A stretch of 64,000 nt of DNA from an uncultured virus (IMG/VR IMGVR_UViG_3300042558_001076). Taxonomy: Duplodnaviria > Heunggongvirae > Uroviricota > Caudoviricetes. The translations under genes and the position numbers were made by a program. The stretch's first letter is position 1; every line of letters starts with the position of its first letter. The notes beneath the pieces were generated by a model. That model had not been told where the DNA came from, made no database searches, and saw only the letters and a program-made list of their open reading frames with translations. Below are positions 57,449 to 64,000 of the stretch, piece by piece. The DNA lies in IMG/VR virus record IMGVR_UViG_3300042558_001076; one strand, written 5' to 3'.

Positions 57449-57460
57449 AACGTATTATAT
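57449..57460 (+). promoter_or_regulatory. late promoter motif AACGTATTATAT
   Basis: exact motif upstream of ORF 57484. Confidence 0.65.
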
Positions 57461-57483
57461 TATCAACACACACAAAACAACAT

Positions 57484-58653
57484 ATGGAAAACCAAGTACA
57501 AGAACAACAAGTAGAGCAAGATGTTCAGAACTCTGCTCCTGTTGAAACTAGTCAAGCTCCTCAAGAAGTAGCTCAACCAATTCAACAAGAACAAGTACAA
57601 GAACAATCTCAACCGCAAAACGAGTTTCAAGAACAAACTTCTGGTTGGAAAATTAAATCAATAAATTCTGAAGGTGGTCTTTACGACAGGCAAGAAGAAT
57701 ATTATGAAGAACAACAACCACAAGAACAAGTACAGGAACAACCTCAGGCTCAAGCTGAACAAACCCAAGATGATGGTGTTTTAAAACTTGTACCTGAAAA
57801 TTATAAACAAGATACTGCTGAAACAGCAGCGTCAAGTCAAACTGAAGAGTTCGACCCATTTGAAAAGTTAGGAGTTAAAGATGATGCTTATTTTAAAAAG
57901 CTTTATGAAGCTTACAAGAATGATGCATTAGATGAGTTCCTAATTACAACCCATACGGATTATGATGCAATAAGTGATGCAGACATTATTCGTATGCAAA
58001 TTGATAGTCAATATAAGAATCTTAGCGAAGACGATAGAGACTTGATATTCCAAATGAAACTTCAGAAAGACTTTAACATCAGCGATTTGAATAGCGAAGA
58101 TTCAAGAGCTGGTAAGTTAATGATGAAATTAGCTGCTCAAGATATCCGAGATGGGTTAAAACAACAGCAAGCTGAATATCAACCGCCTACCAGACCTAAT
58201 GAAGTGGAGCAGTTCAAAAAGCAATTAGAACTTCAACAATTGGAAGCACAAAAACAAGTTGAAGATTTTAAAAACTACTTTACTCAAACTCCAGAGTACA
58301 AGCAATTCGAGACGAGCAGACTTGTAGAGTTTGGAGACCAAGAGAACAAAGTAAGATTTGAAATTGACAAAAGTGCTGATTTCTTAGGCGAAACCTTAGA
58401 CCAACAAAAGTTCTTTTCTAAATTTGTGAAAGACGATGGCCAAGTCGATGTAGCAAAATGGCAAAGGGTTTGGGCTTATGCTAATAACCCAGGAGCAGTA
58501 GAAAAGGCTTTATTTAACTCAGGTAAAAGCGCAGGAGAAAAACGATTGTTTGATGAGCTAAAAAATACTAGAAATGATGATGGATATGTTGCTCCTCAAA
58601 AGAACAATGCATTTGTTATTAAATCTATAGATGGTAAGCCTTTCGGATATTAA
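57484..58653 (+). CDS. scaffolding-like protein
   Basis: acidic Gln/Glu-rich protein between portal and capsid. Confidence 0.6.
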   Translation: MENQVQEQQVEQDVQNSAPVETSQAPQEVAQPIQQEQVQEQSQPQNEFQEQTSGWKIKSINSEGGLYDRQEEYYEEQQPQEQVQEQPQAQAEQTQDDGVLKLVPENYKQDTAETAASSQTEEFDPFEKLGVKDDAYFKKLYEAYKNDALDEFLITTHTDYDAISDADIIRMQIDSQYKNLSEDDRDLIFQMKLQKDFNISDLNSEDSRAGKLMMKLAAQDIRDGLKQQQAEYQPPTRPNEVEQFKKQLELQQLEAQKQVEDFKNYFTQTPEYKQFETSRLVEFGDQENKVRFEIDKSADFLGETLDQQKFFSKFVKDDGQVDVAKWQRVWAYANNPGAVEKALFNSGKSAGEKRLFDELKNTRNDDGYVAPQKNNAFVIKSIDGKPFGY

Positions 58654-58684
58654 TAAATTAAATAACAAAATAAAACGCTAAAAA

Positions 58685-60130
58685 ATGGCATATACTAATA
58701 ACTGGACTGGACAACAGTTCAATGGCTCTACAGGAGCAACCGACAAACCTTACGTATCCGCGAATAGAACTGGTGGTACAGTAAATGGTACTAATACTGC
58801 ATCTTTAATCCAATCTACTTCACTTTTAGACCAACGTGATATCTACAAACAATTAGTAGATATTCAAGATGACGCTGAGTGGTTAGATTTCATGTGGTTA
58901 GCTGGTAAAAAAGAAGCTACTTCTATGCCAACTTACTACTCTTTCTTCAATGACAAATTATACAAACCAATTAACATTGTTACTGGTTATTCTTCTGCAG
59001 CTGGTGGAAACTTAGTTTTAGATGCAGCTTCTTATGATTTCGTTGTAGCTGGTGACTTATTACGTTGTGCAAACGGTGTTGTTCGTGTAACTTCTAAAAA
59101 TGGTTCTAACACAATTACTGTTGCTTCTGTAACTGGTGCTTCTTTCGCTGTTGCTAATGCAACTGTAGCTTCTGCATTCTCTAATGCTCAAGTTGAAGGT
59201 TCTGACAGACCACAAGCTCGTCGTTGGTTAGTTGGTAAATTGGGTAACCAAACTCAAATTTTCCGTAATGCATTGCAAATTACTGACGTTCAAAACATGT
59301 CTAAAGTTGAGATTGAAATCAACGGAAAACCATACATCTTACCTTATGAGATGATTCAAGGTTTACAAAAACACCGTGGTGATATCTCTTTGGCTATGTG
59401 GTTAGGTGAAGCTTCTGCATCAACTTTCGCTGGTCAAGCAGTAACTGACCCTCAACAATATGCTTACCAAACTACTCGTGGTATGGATAGCTATATCAGC
59501 AACTACGGTATCACAGGTGATACTGCAACTAGAAATGTTTTCACTTTAGCTGATTTGACTTCTATCGAAGCTCAATTAATTGCTAACCGTGCTCCATTTG
59601 AATATATGATTGCTGGTTCTAATGCAACTGTTGCAACTATTTCTGACTTCTTGAAAAACTTACCAAGTGCTGGTCAAACAATCACAGCTCCAAATCCAAC
59701 TAATGGTTATTACAAATCAGGTATTAACTCTGGTGTATTAACAGTTAATGGTCGTCAAATTGACTTAGAAGCTGAGAAATTCATGCATGGTGGATTTACT
59801 TTCAACTTAAAAGCGTTTAAAGTATTATCAAACCAAGAAGTTATGAACTATACTGGTTCTACTGTTCAAGCATCTGCTTACTTCTTACCAATGGGTAAAG
59901 TAAAAACTGTAGGTGGTGGAATGGTTGATTACTTCCGTTACAGATATTTACCTCAACCAACTCCTGGTCAAGGTTCTTCTGAAACTGCTGAAATCATGAC
60001 TGGTGGTCTTGCTCCTACTCCTACTAACCAAGAGATGAACTTAACAACTACTTGGACTTCAAACATGGGATTAGAAGTATTTGCACCAAGCAAATTCGCT
60101 AAAATCCAAGTTGGTAATGCAGTAGCATAG
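58685..60130 (+). CDS. major capsid protein
   Basis: 481 aa; high-expression codon bias; EGSDRP..NQTQIFRN motif; position; strong terminator after. Confidence 0.85.
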   Translation: MAYTNNWTGQQFNGSTGATDKPYVSANRTGGTVNGTNTASLIQSTSLLDQRDIYKQLVDIQDDAEWLDFMWLAGKKEATSMPTYYSFFNDKLYKPINIVTGYSSAAGGNLVLDAASYDFVVAGDLLRCANGVVRVTSKNGSNTITVASVTGASFAVANATVASAFSNAQVEGSDRPQARRWLVGKLGNQTQIFRNALQITDVQNMSKVEIEINGKPYILPYEMIQGLQKHRGDISLAMWLGEASASTFAGQAVTDPQQYAYQTTRGMDSYISNYGITGDTATRNVFTLADLTSIEAQLIANRAPFEYMIAGSNATVATISDFLKNLPSAGQTITAPNPTNGYYKSGINSGVLTVNGRQIDLEAEKFMHGGFTFNLKAFKVLSNQEVMNYTGSTVQASAYFLPMGKVKTVGGGMVDYFRYRYLPQPTPGQGSSETAEIMTGGLAPTPTNQEMNLTTTWTSNMGLEVFAPSKFAKIQVGNAVA

Positions 60131-60147
60131 TCAACTAATTAAGATAC

Positions 60148-60173
60148 AGGGGGTAGCAATACCCCCTTATTTT
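60148..60173 (+). terminator. intrinsic terminator
   Basis: AGGGGGTA-GCAA-TACCCCCT followed by TATTTT. Confidence 0.8.
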
Positions 60174-60211
60174 AATAACAATAAATCTTACACACACAAA
60201 AACACATACAC

Positions 60212-61096
60212 ATGGCACTAAGAAGAATGGGCATCTATAATGATATTAGCCCAGAATTATTTCCAAAGCTTCCTCCAAGGGGAACAAAAGTAACCTATCG
60301 TTTTTTAGAAACTTATGAAGACCCTTTTTCTGACGATGGAGTTCCAGTTTACAAAGCTACATTATTAATCCCTCCTATGTCAAGAACATTTGACCCTATT
60401 AAATCTGATTGGGTTGAAGTTGGTATGGTTGGTGGATTAGATATGTTTGGTAATCCAGAGTCAAGAACTATTCGTAGAGAGTGGGTTAAACCACAAGAGA
60501 ATGGTGGTTATATGGTATTAACTATTGGTAATTCTAAAGATGATGAGTTATATCAATATTTAGAATTGGCTTCTTTCAATGCAGCTAACCCAAATAGAGA
60601 TACTACAGTTAAAGCAATATTAGAAAAAGTAGACTTTGAAGCAGAAGCTAAAGAAGCACGTAATGAAATGAAATCTCGTCTTGAAGCTGTTAGAAAAGCA
60701 ATGGCATTAGACTCTAAAGATTTAGCTCGTTATGCTTCTATCTTAGGTTTTGATATAGATGAAACAGAAGAAGAAATTAGATTTAATATAGAAAACTTTG
60801 CTCATGAAGACCCATTTGATTTCTTAGATAGAATGGAAGATGAATCATTTGATATTGAATCATATTGTTCATTAGCATTAGATAAAAAAATAATATTTAT
60901 ATCTAAAGAAGACAGCAGATTGAAATGGTCTGACACTAAAGGAGAAATTGTTAAATTAGTTTCTACTGAAGATGAAGGAGCAATTACAGCTTATACAAAT
61001 TTTGTTACAAGTAATAAAATAGGTAAAGAAGTTCATGCTGAATTAGTTAGATTAGTAGATGGTGTTGGTATTAAAAAACCAATGCCTAAGAAGTAG
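60212..61096 (+). CDS. conserved crAss-like protein downstream of the capsid gene
   Basis: LYQYLELASFN.AN motif; syntenic position. Confidence 0.5.
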   Translation: MALRRMGIYNDISPELFPKLPPRGTKVTYRFLETYEDPFSDDGVPVYKATLLIPPMSRTFDPIKSDWVEVGMVGGLDMFGNPESRTIRREWVKPQENGGYMVLTIGNSKDDELYQYLELASFNAANPNRDTTVKAILEKVDFEAEAKEARNEMKSRLEAVRKAMALDSKDLARYASILGFDIDETEEEIRFNIENFAHEDPFDFLDRMEDESFDIESYCSLALDKKIIFISKEDSRLKWSDTKGEIVKLVSTEDEGAITAYTNFVTSNKIGKEVHAELVRLVDGVGIKKPMPKK

Positions 61097-61165
61097 TTGT
61101 TGTGTTGTGTAAATCCTATAGCCCTCTTTTTAGGGGGCGATTAGGTATCACCAACTTAATATGTT

Positions 61166-61202
61166 AAAGCCTCCTTTATAGGGGGCTTTTAACGTATTAT
61201 AT
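61166..61202 (+). promoter_or_regulatory. terminator hairpin followed by late promoter motif
   Basis: AAAGCCTCCT-TTAT-AGGGGGCTTT then AACGTATTATAT at 61191-61202. Confidence 0.65.
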
Positions 61203-61219
61203 TGTCATAATTAGATAGA

Positions 61220-61813
61220 ATGTTTGATAAATTGAAAGGTCTTGTTCCTCAGACCCTTATAGATGATATGGTTTCTCATGAAATTAATACACCATTAAGA
61301 GCAGCGCATTTCTTAGCGCAAGCAGCTCATGAGTCTGGTGGGTTTAAATTCAAATCAGAAAACTTAAACTATAGCAAAGAATCTTTGTTAAAAGTGTTTC
61401 CTAAATACTTTACTGCAGCATCTGCTGAAGGATATCATAGACAACCAGAGAAGATTGCTTCTAGGGTTTATGCTAATCGTATGGGTAATGGAGATGAAGC
61501 AAGTAAAGATGGTTGGAAATATAAAGGTCGTGGTTATATTCAATTAACAGGAAAAGATAATTATAAAGCATTTAGTGAATGGGCAAAAGAACCAACTATA
61601 TTAAGCAATCCTGACCAAGTAGCTGATGATAAATATGCAGGGTTAAGTGCTATATGGTTTTGGAATAAAAATGGTTTGAGTAAAATTGCTGATACAGATA
61701 ACTTACGTGATGATAAAACATTGATTAAAATTACATCAAGAGTTAATGGTGGAACTCATGGACTTGCTGACAGATTGGAAAGATTTAATGACTATAAAAA
61801 GATTTTACTCTAA
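61220..61813 (+). CDS. glycoside hydrolase family 19 endolysin
   Basis: AHFLAQAAHES, ENLNYS, YANRMGN and YKGRGYIQLTGKDNY. Confidence 0.92.
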   Translation: MFDKLKGLVPQTLIDDMVSHEINTPLRAAHFLAQAAHESGGFKFKSENLNYSKESLLKVFPKYFTAASAEGYHRQPEKIASRVYANRMGNGDEASKDGWKYKGRGYIQLTGKDNYKAFSEWAKEPTILSNPDQVADDKYAGLSAIWFWNKNGLSKIADTDNLRDDKTLIKITSRVNGGTHGLADRLERFNDYKKILL

Positions 61814-61995
61814 TGGAAGTATCTAATCATGACTCTTCAACTAACCATTATTGGTTATTAGCAAGCTTGTTTTTAAATGTAGCTGCTAACCTAGACAAGA
61901 CTAATGTAACATTTATATTAGGTGTTATTGTATCCATACTTGCTATAATTAACTATGTTATCCAAATTAAAAAGAACCTTAAAAGAAAGAAATAA
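61813..61995 (+). CDS. putative holin
   Basis: small TM protein with basic tail next to the endolysin. Confidence 0.55.
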   Translation: MEVSNHDSSTNHYWLLASLFLNVAANLDKTNVTFILGVIVSILAIINYVIQIKKNLKRKK

Positions 61996-61998
61996 ATT

Positions 61999-62538
61999 AT
62001 GGGTACTAAAGCTATTTATATATTCTTACTGGGCGCTATTATTGGCGTGTTATATTCTTGTAGCCCTGTTAAGAGAGTGCTTAGCAATCCCAAATATTAT
62101 GCCGAAGTTAAGAAGCAAGTTATCCTCAATGGAGAATGCGTTAATGACACAATTACGGAAGAAATATTTAAAGATACAATAATTTATAAGGATACAGTTA
62201 TCCACGACAGTTTTAAAGTTAACATGCCTATGGAGTGCTATTTAGACACCATAGTAAACGATTTTAGCGTGTATTTAGAAAATGGTAACCTTTGGGTTAA
62301 ATGGTTAGGTCAAGTGCCTACAAGGACCATTAATAAGCAAACAACCCACGTTGTAGTGGATAGGGCAAAAGAAGCTATACTTATTGACTCTTGTTCTAAC
62401 CAATCTAGAAAGATATATGAGTTAGAAAATGAGTCCAAAAGAAAAGGTTCTATTATATTTAAACTATATATTGGCTTGGCAGCTATTCTGTTATTTATGT
62501 TAAGAAAGCCAATAATGAGACTGATTGGGATAGTATAA
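61999..62538 (+). CDS. putative unimolecular spanin
   Basis: N-terminal lipobox (VLYSC) and C-terminal TM helix. Confidence 0.6.
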   Translation: MGTKAIYIFLLGAIIGVLYSCSPVKRVLSNPKYYAEVKKQVILNGECVNDTITEEIFKDTIIYKDTVIHDSFKVNMPMECYLDTIVNDFSVYLENGNLWVKWLGQVPTRTINKQTTHVVVDRAKEAILIDSCSNQSRKIYELENESKRKGSIIFKLYIGLAAILLFMLRKPIMRLIGIV

Positions 62539-62540
62539 AA

Positions 62541-62552
62541 AACGTATTATAT
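62541..62552 (+). promoter_or_regulatory. late promoter motif AACGTATTATAT
   Basis: exact motif upstream of ORF 62568. Confidence 0.65.
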
Positions 62553-62567
62553 GATAAATACGTTTAA

Positions 62568-63542
62568 ATGCAAAACGGTCAAGACTTATACAATTTCATA
62601 AACTTTATTGCCGATAAGAACCGTAGAGGTTATTTATCTCCAGATGAGGTTGCTCAAGCGCTTTCTTCTGGGCAAGTTGATTTATGGAATTACTATTGGG
62701 GATTACCTCAAACTGCATCTGGTATTAAGAATGGTGCACCTAATCCTGATTATGGTTCTTCTCAATTAACATTAGATGCCTTAAGTAGCTTTAGAAGAAA
62801 AGTACTAAAAACAACTAGCCCAACTGGGGTTATATATCTTTATAATACTGGTCAACCTACTTATAATATTACAGACTTAGGACACTTTATTGGAATGATG
62901 AAAGTAGATGCTTCTGGCAATATATACAATATCGACCAATATCTTAATTCAGAGATTGTAGATGTATTAAAATCAACCCTTTATCCTGTAGATGCTGCTA
63001 ATCAAGTATTTGTATTTGAAGGCGATACAATGCAGTTATATCCAAGAACTCAACTTCCTGCTCCTTATCAAGCAGAAGTTCAATATATAGCTATGCCACA
63101 AGATGTTGCGTTTAAGTACACAACCGCTGGTAATAGCTTAACTATTTTACCGCAAGGTCAAATTAAACAAATCAATATTAACTATGGTGGTTCTGGTTAT
63201 ACAGTAGCTCCAACTATTGCAATATCTGCACCAGTTGATGCTGATGGCAATGCAGTTCCTAACGGTGTTGCAGCAACTGCTACTTGTGCTATTACAGGTG
63301 GTGTTATTACATCAGTAACAATTACTAACCCTGGGTATGGTTATAAATATCCACCAACTATTACATTAACAGGTGGTACACCAACTAATGCAGCTGTGCT
63401 ACAAGCTATACCAGCTTTAGACCCTCAGTTCGACCAAGTATATTGGGTTGAATTAGTTGCTCGTTCTTTACCTTATATAGGCGTAAACTTGTCCGCTCAA
63501 GAAGTACAAGCATTGGCAGTTCAACAATTACAATCTGTATAA
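62568..63542 (+). CDS. tail ring/adaptor protein with inserted GSGY repeat domain
   Basis: FIADKNRRGYLSPDE N-terminus and YIAMP motif resemble crAss-like ring proteins. Confidence 0.6.
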   Translation: MQNGQDLYNFINFIADKNRRGYLSPDEVAQALSSGQVDLWNYYWGLPQTASGIKNGAPNPDYGSSQLTLDALSSFRRKVLKTTSPTGVIYLYNTGQPTYNITDLGHFIGMMKVDASGNIYNIDQYLNSEIVDVLKSTLYPVDAANQVFVFEGDTMQLYPRTQLPAPYQAEVQYIAMPQDVAFKYTTAGNSLTILPQGQIKQININYGGSGYTVAPTIAISAPVDADGNAVPNGVAATATCAITGGVITSVTITNPGYGYKYPPTITLTGGTPTNAAVLQAIPALDPQFDQVYWVELVARSLPYIGVNLSAQEVQALAVQQLQSV

Positions 63543-64000
63543 TGACAACTAAAAGCCAATTAATAGAAAGAGTAAGAAGAATACTATCTGGTGGTTACCC
63601 AAGCAATCGTGATAGGGTTAAAGATGCTGAGATTGAAAAGCAATTAGAGTCAGCAATAAATAGATTATTAAAAGTTGAGATGTTTAATATGACTTATAAC
63701 GTAGATGGTATGACTATACCTGATGGCGTTATGTTAGGTACATACGAAAACATTCAATTGACACAAGGGTTAAATGATACTTGTTCTGCATTGTTACCTG
63801 TAACACCTATGTATCTTCCAGAGAAAATGGGAGTATTTAGTGTGTATCCAAGTAACTATCCAGAGGCAGAGTTTATTCCTATTCCTTCTGGCCAATACTA
63901 TATACTTCAACAAATCAAAGAAATCAATTCTTTATTAGGTAGAGTACCTTATGTATGGGACGGAAGAAAATTAACAATATACAGAGATTTAATTGGAGAT
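63542..64000 (+). CDS. tail ring/structural protein (runs off window)
   Basis: ATG overlapping the previous TAA; MTTKSQLIERVRRILSGG open to the window end. Confidence 0.6.
   Translation, partial: MTTKSQLIERVRRILSGGYPSNRDRVKDAEIEKQLESAINRLLKVEMFNMTYNVDGMTIPDGVMLGTYENIQLTQGLNDTCSALLPVTPMYLPEKMGVFSVYPSNYPEAEFIPIPSGQYYILQQIKEINSLLGRVPYVWDGRKLTIYRDLIGD

Noticed and set aside
892..57859. Many short opposite-strand ORFs in the track (e.g. 892-1260, 5100-5345, 20434-20775, 57653-57859)
   Set aside because: Fully nested antisense to long genes, with no leaders or motifs
1..64000. Stop-codon recoding as in some crAss-like phages
   Set aside because: Genes are intact and densely packed under code 11; TAG and TGA end genes normally; no suppressor tRNA seen

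Overview
The window is most of the genome of an AT-rich, crAss-like (Crassvirales-related) podovirus that probably infects Bacteroidetes. The host inference rests on Bacteroidetes-type TAnnTTTG promoters, A/C-rich leaders without Shine-Dalgarno sites and GNVGIGTT-repeat fibres. Layout: (i) 1-13.8 kb (+): tail fibre/adaptor genes and a large muzzle-like tail protein. (ii) 13.8-25.7 kb (-): large ejection/cargo-type proteins with a ferritin gene between two of them. (iii) 25.7-45.3 kb (-): replication, recombination and early genes, including RusA-like, AEP primase-DnaB helicase, two DnaA-domain-IV proteins, metallophosphoesterase, SSB, RecE-like nuclease, ERF, a sigma-70-like factor, GATase-II plus amidoligase, and many small ORFs. 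(iv) 45.9-64 kb (+): RepL-like gene, small basic proteins, GroES-like gene, terminase, portal, scaffold, major capsid, GH19 endolysin/holin/u-spanin and tail ring proteins. No DNA polymerase, virion RNA polymerase, integrase or CRISPR array was recognised in the window. The most unusual signal is non-coding: a set of non-canonical tRNA-like RNAs. Three share an AGTCAGG...CCTGACTA scaffold with altered anticodon domains, one is a Gln-like tRNA with a 6-nt loop, and one is a 57-nt mini-cloverleaf copying the initiator-tRNA anticodon arm. There are also two large structured intergenic regions and a 12-bp late-promoter motif (AACGTATTATAT) seen about 11 times. All family assignments come from motif recognition by eye; no database search was run.
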